A stretch of 63,744 bases of DNA, filler included, from Octopus bimaculoides (taxonomy: Eukaryota), in the NCBI RefSeq assembly GCF_001194135.2. It is 3 parts of 3 records of this genome, joined end to end, with 100 filler letters (N's around TTAATTAATTAA, not from the genome) between each part and the next. Parts side by side here need not be neighbours in the genome. Positions count along the whole stretch, not along the records: positions 1 to 26,147 come from NC_068992.1; 2 more parts are not named here. One strand, 5' to 3'. Below, in pieces: positions 1 to 13,310 of the stretch. The position numbers and the translations under genes were made by a program. Under the pieces are notes generated by a model, which made no database searches, was not told the DNA's origin, and saw only the letters and a list, made by a program, of their open reading frames with translations. Within the stretch, counting starts at the first letter, position 1; every line of letters starts with the position of its first letter.

Positions 1-113
1 TATATATATATATATAGGAGAAAATTGTAGTTCGCTTGAAGCATTGTGTATTGTTTGTAAAGAATAAAAAGTTTAGAATGGTACAACAATGCACTATAAA
101 GCAAAAAAAAAAA

Positions 114-196
114 GGACTATATACCTGTTGTAATTTGGTTATTTATAGTCCGATTATCGGACTATAGATAACCAAATTACAACAGGTATATAGTCC
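114..196. repeat. 83-bp near-perfect palindrome
   Basis: 41-bp arms (114-154 and 156-196), 40/41 Watson-Crick plus one T.G pair, 1-nt spacer. Confidence 0.95.
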
Positions 197-264
197 ATTT
201 ATCTATATATATGTATATATATACATTATATATATACACACACACACATGCATATATGGCTTCT

Positions 265-448
265 GTGTCGGTGGCACGTAAAAAGCACCTACTACACTCT
301 CAGAGTGATTGGTGTTAGGAAGGGCATCCCGCTGTAGAAACACTGCCAGATCAGATTGGGGCCTGGTGCAGCCTCCTGGCTTCCCAGACCCCAGTTGAAC
401 CATCCAACCCATGCCAGCATGGAAAACAGACATTAAACAATGATGATA
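265..448 (+). mobile_element. Family B (RTE-tail/SINE-like) 3' fragment
   Basis: gtggcacgtaaaaagcacc...ttaggaagggcatcc...ccaacccatgccagcatggaaaacagacattaaa followed by a (GAT)n remnant; same family recurs many times in the window. Confidence 0.8.
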
Positions 449-784
449 TATATACATATTTACACACACACACTCAGACATGCATAAATACATTAGTAGC
501 TTGTATTCTGAAAAAAAACAAGGTAAGCATAATTTGCCCTTTAAAAATTGTTCTTTTACAGATTATAAATATCTTTAATTAACATTACTCGATTGAAAAT
601 ATATAGATCTACAGTCTTCTGTACTTTTTTGTTTCCACTGGGGGTGGGTGCATATGATCATTAGGTGTCCGCATGACCCTTGAGGGTCCATAGAAGACTT
701 TGTTAAAGTTTATGTGCAATAAACTGGTTACACATCTGCAACCCATGTGATCTTAGCCTGAGGTACCAGACCACACAGGGCCTC

Positions 785-1009
785 CAAATTCTGCTTATGA
801 GACCACCATATCTGGCCAAGATATTCTTCTTCTTTCATGTTCAAACCAACCAGGTCTGAGCTCTCATACCTACCCTACATTGTCATTGTAAAAATAAACA
901 ATCACATCATCAAAATCTCAAAGCTGCAAGATAATGCATGATTAATTTTAAACAATGTGATTGAATAAGTATTACATTTGATAGAAATATCTGAATGCCA
1001 AAGGGTTAA
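785..1009. mobile_element. TTAA-ended (piggyBac-like) MITE fragment
   Basis: Ends ...atctgaatgccaaagggTTAA; related copies at ~6310-6525 and ~8020-8245. Confidence 0.5.
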
Positions 1010-1101
1010 TTATAATAATAACAAAATTATTGTGCATAGTGCTCAGGTGCACTACAACTCATCAAAGGTGTGCATACATAGAGTCATGATATACATACAT
1101 G

Positions 1102-1395
1102 TAGTGGCAGACTGGGTTTAAAAATATTGGTTGCCAGGAGACTAAGGGGGCCCACCTGCAACTACAATGCTATCATATATTTATTTATTTTTTTGTTAAA
1201 AATATTCTTTCCAACTGTCTACAAACACAGCCAGGCTGAAATAATTAATGCATTCTTCCAGGAGTGAATAAAAAATGTTCAAACTTGAGGGGATGAGCCC
1301 CTTAGATACTAACATGGGTCCCCATATATGGATTCTAATGGCACAGGGGCCTACTTGCCATCAGACAAGCTGGCAACCTAGCCAGTCTGCCACTG
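1102..1395. mobile_element. hAT-like MITE
   Basis: TIRs (t/c)agtggcagactgg ... ccagtctgccactg with subterminal ggttgccag/ctggcaacc. Confidence 0.65.
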
Positions 1396-1767
1396 CATGT
1401 GTGGATGTGTATGGAGAGGGTGGATATCAGGTGTAGTTTTGGCGAATTTCAGGAGGCTATGAGGTTTTAAAGGATGCAATGTCTCGGCAACTGACAATTG
1501 ATGCAGGTAGTTAAATGCACAACATTCTGTTTCCAGTTTTGCCATTCTTATGGAATAAAGTTATGAGTCACTGTCAGACATAGAACTAAAAGAAAAGATT
1601 TCTGTTACTTTCCAAACCCATATAAACGAGACTGGAATAAGATGACAAGGAACAGCTGTTTAGATTTTAAAGATTTGACAGCATTGGAGCTTTGCATAGT
1701 CCTGCAGCATGCCAGATTCAGTCAAACCATCCCACCCATGCCAGCACGGAAAGCAGATATTGAATTC

Positions 1768-2172
1768 TTTTATTCTTTTATTTGTTTCAGTCATTTGGCG
1801 CTGTGGCCATGCTGGAGCACTGCCTTTAATCGAACAAATCAACCGCAGGACTTATTCTCTGTAAGCTTCGTACTTATTCTATCAGCCTTTTTTGCTGAAC
1901 CACTAGGTTACGGGGATGTAAACACACCAACATTGGTTGTCAAGCGATGGTTGGGAGGAGATAAACACACACACATACACACACACACACATACACACAC
2001 ATATATATATACACAACAGGCTTCTTTTAGTTTCCGTCTACCAAATCCACTCACAACGCTTTGGTCTGCCTGAGACAATAGTAGAAATCATTTGCCCAAG
2101 CTGCCACACACTGGGACTGAACCCAGAACCATGTGGCTGGTAAGCAAGCTACTTACCACACAGCCACACCTG
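1768..2172 (-). mobile_element. tRNA-derived SINE family A
   Basis: Reverse complement of ggcgtggctgtgtggtaag...gggttcagtccca head, internal (CA/TA)n, tail gactgaaacaaataaaag. Confidence 0.85.
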
Positions 2173-3419
2173 ATGAAGATTTCATAAGAGTTCAGAGTTT
2201 CAAAACTTGCAAAACTGATAGTTGCCAATTATTACCAAACTAACAATGGAAGCACAAGAAGTAGGAGTACTTTATACAATGAAAACCCCTGACGGAGGTG
2301 CTCCAGTATGGCTACATTCCAGTGACTGCAACAAGTAAAATATAAAATCTAAACCATATGAAGAAAATGTGATGGACAGTTAAGAGGCCTCCTTAACAAT
2401 GTTATAACTTTCAGTGAATTGTCAAATTTGATAGAAAATAACCTCATAGAATCTGTGTCATATTTTAGACTTGACAAAATTAAAAAGCAGACGACTAACA
2501 CACAGAATTCATTTCTACAATGCTTATTGACAAGTGACAATATCAATCTAAGTCAGCTGTCATAAGTTGTTTGTTATTCAATGGATAATAACATACAGGA
2601 ATAATGGTGCTTCTGAACATTGATATTGTCTCTCAAAGTAGAACAACAAAAGCACTTTACACATGTGTCACAAATCTTAAGCGACAGTCATCATCATCTT
2701 GAAGATCCTTTACCTGATGCAGCCAGTCATTGAAGTGCTACTCAAGATGTTTTCATTGTCATGTGTCGCAGGTTTGCAGTATTGTATGTAACCGAGCCAC
2801 TCCTTAATGTTGTCAAACTAGGATTTTCCCTGTCTGTCTCTCTTTTGCCCTCCCTCAATTGTGTTCTGAAGGATAGTTTTCGACAGGGAGTTGTGGCAGG
2901 ACACATGACCATACCAAGCAAGCTCCCAGCTTTTTAAAAAGAGTTAAACAACAATATTTTTCTATTGTTTTATTCTTTTATTCGTTGCGGTCATTTGACT
3001 GTGGCCATACTGGAGAACCACACCAAAGGATTCTAGTCAAAGAAATCAGCCCCAGGACTTATTTATTGTAGGCCTAGTACTTATTCTATCAGTCTGTTTT
3101 GCCAAACTGCTAAGTTACAGGGATGTAAACACACCAACATCAGTTGCCAAGTGATGGTGGGAGGGGGATTTTTCCACTTCCTTCCTAAAGACAAAACGTG
3201 CTTTTATCTGTCTCTTCTCAAAGCTCGTTTTTCCAGCGTTCNNNNNNNNNNCCTAGTACTTATTCTATCAGTCTGTTTTGCCAAACTGCTAAGTTACAGG
3301 GATGTAAACACACCAACATCAGTTGCCAAGTGATGGTGGGAGGGGGATTTTTCCACTTCCTTCCTAAAGACAAAACGTGCTTTTATTTGTCTCTTCTCAA
3401 AGCTCGTTTTTCCAGCGTT

Positions 3420-4090
3420 CACCACTTCACATCATCTTGGCTTAACAGCCCTCACCATTTGCTTTTACTGTTTTGTTCTCACTGTCCTGTTTTTGTTACC
3501 ATTTTCACCCTCCGCAAAAAATCCCAAATTTTATGTAATTTGCTTTGCGGGAAGGACTGTTTTAACGAAGTCATGTCTTGTCCTTACCTTCGAAATGCGG
3601 AGTAGGTAAAACAGTGGACAATTGATGAAGGGAATGTTCTTTGTGTTGCATGTCTTGATTCTCTGTCTGTCTGTGTTTTTTCGTTGTTTGAAAAAATGTT
3701 TGTTTTCTATGTTTTTTTGTTTTTTATGTTCTTGTTTCACATTCTGTCTACGCTTTTTGATGTCCTGTACCCATATATGCATCATGTATATACATACATA
3801 TATGTGTGTATATATGCATATGTTTATATATTATTTATATTATTATGATTTACTTTTCGTAATAAGATACGTGTGTACATTATGAAACATTTATAAATAG
3901 AAGATCTTACAGCTGTTTCCAGGATATTTATTATATCCCTTCACCGGAGACAGTGTGAGAAAATGGTTAAGCAATATAGCCACACACTGATATATGATCT
4001 AAGTTGGACCCTTATTTGCATAATCACCAAACCGGGAGCTTAACTATGGTCTATCCAGAGCACTTACTCAGCATTACCTGAGGATCTAGT
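3420..4090. mobile_element. Probable Penelope-like pLTR fragments
   Basis: T-rich pLTR-like segment with a degenerate hammerhead core on the minus strand at 3905-3950; similar segments at ~25960-26147 and ~33940-34620. Confidence 0.45.
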
Positions 4091-4756
4091 TCAAAACGCG
4101 GGCACCAGTTTTCATTTATGTTTTATGTAGTGTTTTTGGTACCGAAAGACTTTCAAACTTCGTATACTTATCTATTTTGTGTTATAGAACAGAAAAAAAT
4201 TTTTGTATTCGAATTAATTTCATGTAAAAAATTGTCTTATTTCGATAATTTCAACCAATCACTGACAAGTATTCAGCTGTTTACAGTTACTCCTTTGGCA
4301 GTTTAAGCGGTGTAAAGCGTATTTAATCTCCATTACTTCTGACATTTTGCAGAGAGGCAACACACGTGTGTTCATTTTCCCTAACCGACTTGCTCCTTCC
4401 CTCAAAAACCATGCCTTGTGCCTATAATAGAAAGGTNNNNNNNNNNNNNNNNNNNNNNNNNNNNNNNNNNNNNNNNNNNNNNNNNNNNNNNNNNNNNNNN
4501 NNNNNNNNNNNNNNNNNNNNNNNNNNNNNNNNNNNNNNNNNNNNNNNNNNNNNNNNNNNNNNNNNNNNNNNNNNNNNNNNNNNNNNNNNNNNNNNNNNNN
4601 NNNNNNNNNNNNNNNNNNNNNNNNNNNNNNNNNNNNNNNNNNNNNNNNNNNNNNNNNNNNNNNNNNNNNNNNNNNNNNNNNNNNNNNNNNNNNNNNNNNN
4701 NNNNNNNNNNNNNNNNNNNNNNNNNNNNNNNNNNNNNNNNNNNNNNNNNNNNNNNN

Positions 4757-4830
<74 letters not shown>

Positions 4831-5459
4831 GATTTATAAAGTATGTATATAACGAGTAACTTTACATGACAAACATGGAATTCTTATGACTAATAATTAA
4901 TTCTTACTCCATCTTTGAGAAACATCTCAAAGCCAGAATATATCATTACAAGCAAACTTTGCCAGATGTTACAAATCACTTAAATGATTATTCTGGGGTT
5001 GATTTTACTTTTCAGGAAATATTTACAAATTCTAAATACCAAATACCAAACGTACCACCGTATTGATGATATCAATCAAAAGAATTGGAAATCTGATCAT
5101 TTTTATAGCATTGAGGTTTTATTTAGCAACTGACCTGAATGAGATCAAAAATATATAAATAAAATGAAACAAAACATCACAAGTGTATCTTGGTTACAAT
5201 TTGGTATTGATCTTAAATTTCACTGATCTTAGATTTAACATAGTTAGCCAACTTGAGAGCTTTGCATAAAAAGAAATTCAAGACATATACATGTGTGTAT
5301 GCATACATACATACATATATACATGCATGTGTGTTATATCTATGAAAATGTGTGTGCATGTACATGTGTGTGTGTGCATGTACATGTGTGCGTATGCATG
5401 CATGCATGCATACACGCACGCACATATATGCAGATACACTATATATACACATGTGCGCA

Positions 5460-5513
<54 letters not shown>

Positions 5514-6526
5514 CATGTATATATGTTGTGCATTTGTGTGTGTGTATGTGTGTGTTTGTTTAAATTAAGCCAGTTACTCCCAAATAGTTTTCATAGAGAA
5601 GCAGCTGATTTCATGTAGCACCAATAATAATATTTACTTATGTTGCTTTTTTTTTCTTTTCTCATTTGACTGCTTTTGTAGTTTTTGTTTTTAGCTAGTT
5701 AGGAGAATTTCCAATAGAAATAGCACAAAGAATGTAAACAAAGTGTCTATAATCAATAGACAACTTCATTTCATTAGAAATCTACTTTGTAGTCAGAATT
5801 GGCTAAGAGCTGGAAGGCATTTTTTTTCCCCCTCCTGATTTGTTGACTACATTATGCCAATAGCTGGGTTGGTGCGTTCTATAACTTACAGACTTGTTAT
5901 AAGGAATTTGAATTGGATTTCTGCTGCTTCTCATGAAAAATATAAAAAAAAGCTTTTAACAGTCTTAAAAATTTCATCAGGATATTATTTAGTATAAATG
6001 GTAATTACAGAGCTGTTGTTTTATCTATTTGATTAGAGAATTGTTTTACACTTTAAGCTAAATTTGTTACGCATGTAAGATGGGTCACAGACTTCCAGCA
6101 AGGTTTCATGCCCTTTTATGAAGATGCTGCTTTAGACTGATCTGGGTTGGTTCATGAAATTTCTATCACTGTCAGAAACCTACAAATCTTGAACTCAAAA
6201 TACGCAGAGATGCCTTTACCTTTAGCTCATTATCAGTGCATCATGTCACTGTATGAGTTTTCTCCCATGTAGTAACAGAAGCAGGGGAAACAATTCTAAA
6301 GAGAAAAATGCAGTGTGCTAAAGGTTAATACATTTAGAAGCTTTACTTCACAGCTGAGCCATTCACCCCTTAGAATCCAGATTTTTCTGTTAAACCTAAT
6401 CTTGTAGCTTTGAGATTTCGATGATGTGATTGTTTAGTGCTTAGAATGACATTGCTGGGTAGGTGCGAGAAGCCAGATCTGGCCAGTATGAGTGAAAAAC
6501 AGGTAAAATATTTGGGCCAGATATTC

Positions 6527-6950
6527 TTTTATACTTTTACTTGTTTCAGTTATTTGACTGTGGCCATGCTGGAGCACTGCTTTAAAGGGGTTTTTTTCTT
6601 AGTCAAAGAAATCGACCTCAGGACTTATTCTTTGTAAGCCTAGTACTTATCCTATCACTCTCTTTTACCAGACCATTAAGTTACAGGGATGTAAACACAC
6701 CAACACAGGTTGTCAAGCGATAATGGTGGTGGACAAACACAGGCAAAAGACACACAAGCATAAATATGCACAAACACACATATATACAACAGGCTTCTTT
6801 CAATTTCCATCTACCAAATCCACTCACAGAGCTTTGGTTAACCTGAGGTTATAGTAAAAAACACTCACCCAAGGTGCCATGCAGTGGGATTGAACCCAGA
6901 ACCATGTGGTTGGGAAGCAAACTTCTTACCACACAACCGGTCCTGCACCT
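6527..6950 (-). mobile_element. SINE family A
   Basis: Near full-length match to the other family A copies. Confidence 0.85.
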
Positions 6951-7194
6951 ATTTATATCAATTTCAAATTTTGGCACAAAGCCAGCAATTTTGGGGAATG
7001 GAGTTAGATGATTATATTGACCCCACCCTCAACTGGTTGTTATTCTATTGACCCCAAAGGAATGAAAGGCAAAGTCAACCTCAGCAAAATTTAAGCTCAG
7101 AATGCGAAGACAGAATTGAAAATTATTAAGAATTATATAAGCTGTTTAAGCATATATATAATATATAGATTGCATATAAATTCTAAAAAAAGGT

Positions 7195-7490
7195 CTGTAA
7201 CTTAGAGGCGAGGGTATTCATCTCATGATCATAAGGTCACAAGTTCAATTCCCGGCAACACATTTTGACCTTGAGCAAGACACTTTATTTCACGTTGCTC
7301 CTGTCCAATCTGCTGGCAAAAATGAGTTGTACCTGTAATTGAAAGGGCCAGCCTTGTCGCACTCTTTGTCATGCTGAATCTCCCGAGGAACTACGTTAAG
7401 GGTATGCATGTCTGTGGAGTACTCAGCCACTTACATGTTAATTTCATGAGTAAGCTGTTCCACTGATCAGTGGCTTCATAAATGACGGAG
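7195..7490 (+). mobile_element. tRNA-derived SINE family E
   Basis: B-box agttcaattcc, conserved ccttgagcaagacactttatttcacgttgctcc domain; opposite-strand copy at ~17420-17670. Confidence 0.75.
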
Positions 7491-8939
7491 TGCCACTTTA
7501 AATTCTAACAATAAAATCTTTTATGGACTCCTGAGGGTGAGTCAAGCAGGGCACATGCCCTGGGTGCCACTATGAGGCGGAGGTGCAATTTTGGCCGAGA
7601 ACATTTTCTAATCGAGCCATTAAAAACAATTTTTTAACCTTTTCAGGCATGGTCTGTTATGCTTATTGCCATACATGACACTAGACAAAATATGTACTCT
7701 TACTTGATCGTGATCTGACAAAATGCATGCACTGACCTCCCCACCTCCCCACTGACTGGGTGGGATGCAATTTTGATTCTTACCCTGGGTGCCATTTACC
7801 CTAGCCACGCCCCTGCTCCTGAGTGTCATGTGGACCCTGATTGAGAACCATTGGGTTAATGAGGGAATATCTGAATAATTAATTCTTATTACCACCAATA
7901 TAATTATATGATTATATATGTATTTAAAAGAAAAAAGTTATCACATGTCTTCATCTTGTGATAATTTATCAAATGAGATGATATACATTTAATTGTGGTA
8001 AAAAATATATCCAAATTAAGATATTAGCATTTAAACCGAAAAATATCTGGCCCAAATATTCATGCTGCTTTATGCTCAAACAAACCACATCTTGCCTCTT
8101 ACACTTACCCTACAATGTCATTCTATAAATAAACAGTTGTATCATTGATATCTCAAAGCTACATGATAATCCATGATTAATCCAAAACAATGTGGATAAA
8201 TAAGGATTACGTTAGACAGAATAATCTGAATGCTGAGGGGTTAAACTAGATACCTTTTTTCTTACAATTAAGGTACATCTGAAGATATCAGCCAAGTTAA
8301 TTATGAATGAAAAGTAGCACTTATAAATAAGGAAAAAACACACCTGCATTTTATTCTTTTTAATTAGGTCAATTAATTAATTATCAGAAAATTCAAAGGT
8401 AGACAGAAAGAAAAGTCAAAAAGACAAACAGTGACAGTTAAGAAAAATCACATAAATTAATTTTCTAATGTTCGAATGAAAACCACCTGTTTCTCATCAA
8501 GGTGAGTTCTAACGAATAAAGCATGCTTGATACCTCAGATACTGCTACAACAAAAATATTTCCCCTATACCAGATTGCAAATATAGTTTTCGAATAGTTT
8601 AGACATTATATAAAACTAGAAAACTACATATACAAACTAAGTTATTAGTAATGGTAAAGGCCTTTTCTATATTTCAGTATTTGATAGTGTGTCATGTTTA
8701 AAATTTTTGTTTTGTGTTGTTTGTTGTTGCTGTTGCTGTTATTGTTTCCAACCTGTGCAACAAATTCTGATATTTTCTTGTTTGTTTTATTGATTTCTGT
8801 CTCTCCCTCTTGTATTATTTATTGTGAAGTCATTGCTGTAGTAAAACAATCTATGCAATATCATTAAGGAAACATATTGATTGCTTTCATATATACAGCC
8901 TCTGATGTTGGTTTGATGCAGCTGATGTATGTGTGTATA

Positions 8940-9325
8940 CATCATCATCGTCATCGTCGTTGTCGTTTAACGTCTGCCTTCCATGCTAGCATGGGTTGGA
9001 CGATTTGACTGAGGACTGGTGAAACCAGATGGCTACACCAGGCTCCAATCTGATTTGGCAGAGTTTCTACAGCTGGATGGCCTTCCTAACGCCAACCACT
9101 CAGAGTGTAGTGGGTGCTTTTTATGTGCCACCGACACGAAGGCCAGTCAGGCGGTACTGGCAACGGCCATGCTCAAAATGGTGTATTTTACGTGCCACTT
9201 GCACAAGAGCCAGTCCAGGGGCACTGGCAACAATCTCGCTTGAAAGTCCTTACACATGCCGCGGGCACAAGTGCCAGAAAGGCGACGCTGGGCACAGGTG
9301 CCATCACAATTTCGCTTTCGCTTGC
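8940..9325 (-). mobile_element. Family B element
   Basis: (CAT)n-cgtttaacgtc...ccatgctagcatgggttggacg start and internal tgccac repeats. Confidence 0.85.
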
Positions 9326-10800
9326 CCCACATATATACATATATAAATGTGTGCATATGTGTGTGTGTGTGTGTGTCAGTCTGTTCATCTGTCAATCTAT
9401 GTGCTGACATACATGTGAGTATATGCTTCTGTGTATATGCACCCCTCCACAAATATATATGTAAGTATGTATATGTGTCTGTCAACCTATCTGTGTACTG
9501 ATATGCACATGGATATTTGTACCTATATGTGTGTCAAAGTGTGTAATTATGTATGTATGTATGAATGTATGTAAGTGTCTGTCTGTCTGTCTGTTTGTCC
9601 CTCTCTCGATATGCATGTGACTATAATTGTGCCTATAATGAAGCAGAGTCGAAAGAGAGTGGGGTTTGCTCTGTATCATCAATAATTCTATAATTTAGTA
9701 AATATCAATATAAACATTTTTTTTTAAAGTGCAACAGCCTTGCAATGGGGAGTGGAAAATCCAGTGTTTCAGACAGAGTCCTTCTTCAGGAAAAAGGTGA
9801 CAAGGGGGACAATCACTTAACTCATTTTATTCTTTTCTAATTTTCTAATATAAGCACAAGGCCGGAAATTTGGGGGAGGGGGTAATTGGCACTTATTTCA
9901 TCAACCCCAAAAGGATGAAAGGCAAAGTCGACCTCAACGGAATTTGAATTCACAAATTAGCAATGACTGAAACAAGTAGAATGACTGAAACAAGTAAAGG
10001 AGTAAAAGAGAGTCCCCCAACCCACTACCTTCCTACCAATGCCTCCTTTTTCTCTTCCCCCCACCCCTTAGGCACCTGGACTGTCTCAGTGCCCACCAGG
10101 GGGCGGTAGCACCCACTTTGAGAACCCATGTACTAAAGGGTTAACACCAGCTACTTTATATTATGTACTGGTTGTATTTTTTCCTGACACCAAAATTAAT
10201 AAGGTCACCAAGTAATTTGCAGCACATAATAAAGAAAAGAAAGAAAAATATGAGCATGAATGAGAGAAACGAAGAATTTCTCGTTAGTTATAAATCTAAT
10301 TTAGCATAGCATCTTAATTGAACGTAGAGAAACTTATATATTTGAGAGTTTGCTGTTTTATAAGTAGATAACTGCAGCTGCCTTTTATCTTTTACTTGTT
10401 TCAGTTTTTGGACAATGGCCATGCTGAGGCTCACCTAAAAGTGTTTAGTTAAATAAATAATTGAGCCCAGAACTTTACTTTAAAGCCTGATATTAATTGG
10501 TCTCTTTAAGAGGACAAACCAGCACTAGGGGTGGAGGGACAACCACAAAGAAACACACACATGTATATATATATGCATATGGGTATATATTATGATAGGC
10601 TTCCACACAGTTTCTGCCTACCAAATTCGCTTACAGCACCATATAAGAGCAACCATGCAATGTGCCATGTTAAAGCACCCAGTACACTTTGTAAAGTGGT
10701 TGGCATTAGGAAGGGCATCCGGCTGGATGGAGAAACCATTCCCAATCAGACTGGAGAGTGGTGCTGCTCCTAACATGGCCAGCATGGACAATGGACATTA

Positions 10801-10907
10801 AATGATGATGATGATAATGATGATGGCGATGATGATGATGATGATGACGATGATGATGATTGTGGTGATGGTGGTGATGGTCATCGTGATGATGATGATG
10901 ATGTTGT

Positions 10908-10942
<35 letters not shown>

Positions 10943-11067
10943 ATGGAGGTGGTGGTGGTGATGATGATGTCATCGTCGTCGCCGCTGGTGACGGTGGCAG
11001 TGGTGGTGATGATAATGATGATGATGTTGCTGCTGTTGATGATGATGGTTGTGGTGGTGGTGGCGAT
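10801..11067. repeat. Expanded cryptic (GAT/GGT)n tail
   Basis: Direct sequence; follows a family B 3' end at ~10655-10810. Confidence 0.9.
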
Positions 11068-11576
11068 GGTTAGCCCAGGACTACAATAAAAGACACTTGC
11101 CCAAGGTGCCACGCAATGAAACTGATCCCTGAAGCTACATGGTCGCCAAGCGACCTTCTTGATCATGTCAAAACTATCTAATATCCAAATATTACAGTTT
11201 GTTACTCTCTTTCCAAACATCTGTACAAATAAACCACAATTCTAACAACACAGAAGCAATTGCCATTAATGCATTAGCCCTAATTGGGCCCCTATCACCT
11301 TGGTCACCAAATGCAGACCAATCGAGCATTAGAATATGACTAAGGGTTCTACGCTTACAACCCTCCCAGGTATAGTAAGTGCAGAAAATGGATGGATGAA
11401 TGGGATGAAATGCTTTTGATCATATATTTGCTTGATAGGAACTGACCAGGCACTTTCCACAGCAAATAACAGACAATATGCATGTTTTGTATGTCTTCTA
11501 ACTAATTCAAAAGCTCAGTTTTTATTCCAAATTGGATAAGGCTCATTTAAAAGTGAATGCATATGTATACAAGCAA

Positions 11577-11994
11577 GCATATGCAGGCATTTAAAATAAA
11601 ACGCATACCTATTTTCCAAGCTGTGTACATTGATACAAATGGAATTTTACCACGTGCAATGAAGCGCGTATCTCAGTCGTAAGACCTGAGCACTTCAAAT
11701 ATATCATTAGACGCATAGATAATTAATGAATTTCATTTATATAAAAACCTTGAAATTAAGCTAATAGGAGGCAGGTATCACAAATTTTGAAGGTCTCAGC
11801 CTGCTATGTCCCTTCTGCGACTTTAAGTAAAAATGGAACTCATTAATCATCTCTGTGACTGATGATATATTTGATGTGCCCAAATCTTGCGAGTGAGATA
11901 TTTGCTTCATTGCACAAGATAACAGATTCCATTTGCATCAATGTACAGAGCTTGGAAAATAGGCGTGCAATTCATATTAAAGGCACGCATATGC
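11577..11994. mobile_element. Foldback/MITE-like element
   Basis: ~170-bp imperfect inverted arms, e.g. cctattttccaagctgtgtacattgat versus atcaatgtacagagcttggaaaatagg. Confidence 0.75.
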
Positions 11995-12682
11995 AGGCAT
12001 GCATGAGTTTATCTATTTGATAAAATCTTTAGCTATTGCCATCTAATTACGTAAAGCTTATGGATTATTCATTTGATTTTTATGTTGCATCAGTTCACAT
12101 GTTTTTAGTTTGGACAAAGAATAATTACTAAAATATGTATTACTACAGCACATTACTTTACTAAAAGATGAAAACCTGACAAGTATAAAACCTAGAAGTA
12201 GTTATTGAGCGTGGCATAGATTCTATGTTTCTTCCAGCAATTTCAGTGATGGGTTTGGAAAATCCTTCTGAAGACAGTGAGATGAGAGAATCAATGATTT
12301 TATGATGATATGTTGCATGTAAATGCACATGTGAGCGCATATGCATGCACCTAAAATTAAATTATCTGTATAAGATCTGAATATTAACATTCAGCGAATA
12401 AACACTTCTTACAACAGCTTGGCAGCTATATTTAAGTGAGGTTTGCACCAAATTTATCAATAGAATTATTTGATAATGCCATTAGCTTTGATCTTGTAAA
12501 AGTCAGTTCCAGGCTGTATTGCAAATTAAAGCATAAACAGATCGCATTCTATAACTATATAAAAATTGGAAGAAGTTCTATAATCTCAGAGAAATAACCT
12601 GTAAATAGAATATAGGGTTTGTAATGTAAGTAGAGAGAAGAGAACTTAGGATGTAAACTCAATACTTAACCCTATTGCGCCA

Positions 12683-13310
12683 TCATCAACATCATCATCA
12701 TCGTTTAACATCCGTTTTCCATGCTGGCATGGGTTCGATGGTTTGACTGGAGTCTGGGAAGCCAGGAGGCTGCACCAGGCCCCAATCTGATCTGGCAGTG
12801 TTTCTATGGCTGGATGCCCTTCCTAATGCAAACCACTCCGAGAGTGTAGTGGGTGCTTTTTATGTGCCACTGGCACAAGGGCCAGAGGAGGTAGCATTGA
12901 CTACCATCGGATAGTGGTTTTTACGTGCCACCAGCATGGAAGCCAGTCAAAGCAGCACTGGCATCAGCCACGTTCAAATGGTGCTTTTTACGTGCCACTG
13001 GCACAGAGGCCAGAGGAGCTGACATCGACCATGATTAGATAGTAGTTTTTACGTGCCACCAGCACGGAAGCCAGTCACGGCAGCACTGGCATCGGCCACG
13101 TTTGGATGATGCTTTTTACGTGCCACCGGCACGGGGGCCCCAACTGCAATTTCCATTTGACTCTAATTTGATTTGATTTTGATATTGATGTTGATTCACT
13201 TGACTCAATAGGTCTCCTCAAGCACGGCATGTCACCCTATGATCCAAGGTACTTTTGAGTGGGCTGGTTATGTGACACTGGTGTAGGTAACAGCTGTTGA
13301 CTCACTTTAT
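12683..13310 (-). mobile_element. Family B element with internal ~60-bp tandem units
   Basis: Family B end plus 4-5 copies of ttttacgtgccac(c/t)(a/g)gca. Confidence 0.85.

Noticed and set aside
2168-2215. CTGATGA hammerhead-like start (also ~26006 and ~63644)
   Set aside because: No properly placed GAAA or stems could be built.
3073-3420. 169-bp direct duplication (3073-3241 and 3252-3420)
   Set aside because: The copies flank a 10-N gap and differ by one base, typical of unmerged overlapping contig ends or haplotypes.
10798-11220. Poly-Met/poly-Ile ORFs; likewise YIYI, HTHT, CVCV and SLSL ORFs throughout
   Set aside because: Translations of microsatellites, with no domain or splice support.
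12225-12300. AISVMGLEN frame resembling Epac AIVMGLSN
   Set aside because: No NLNSFF or SRL...TWE context and no suitable donor; chance similarity.
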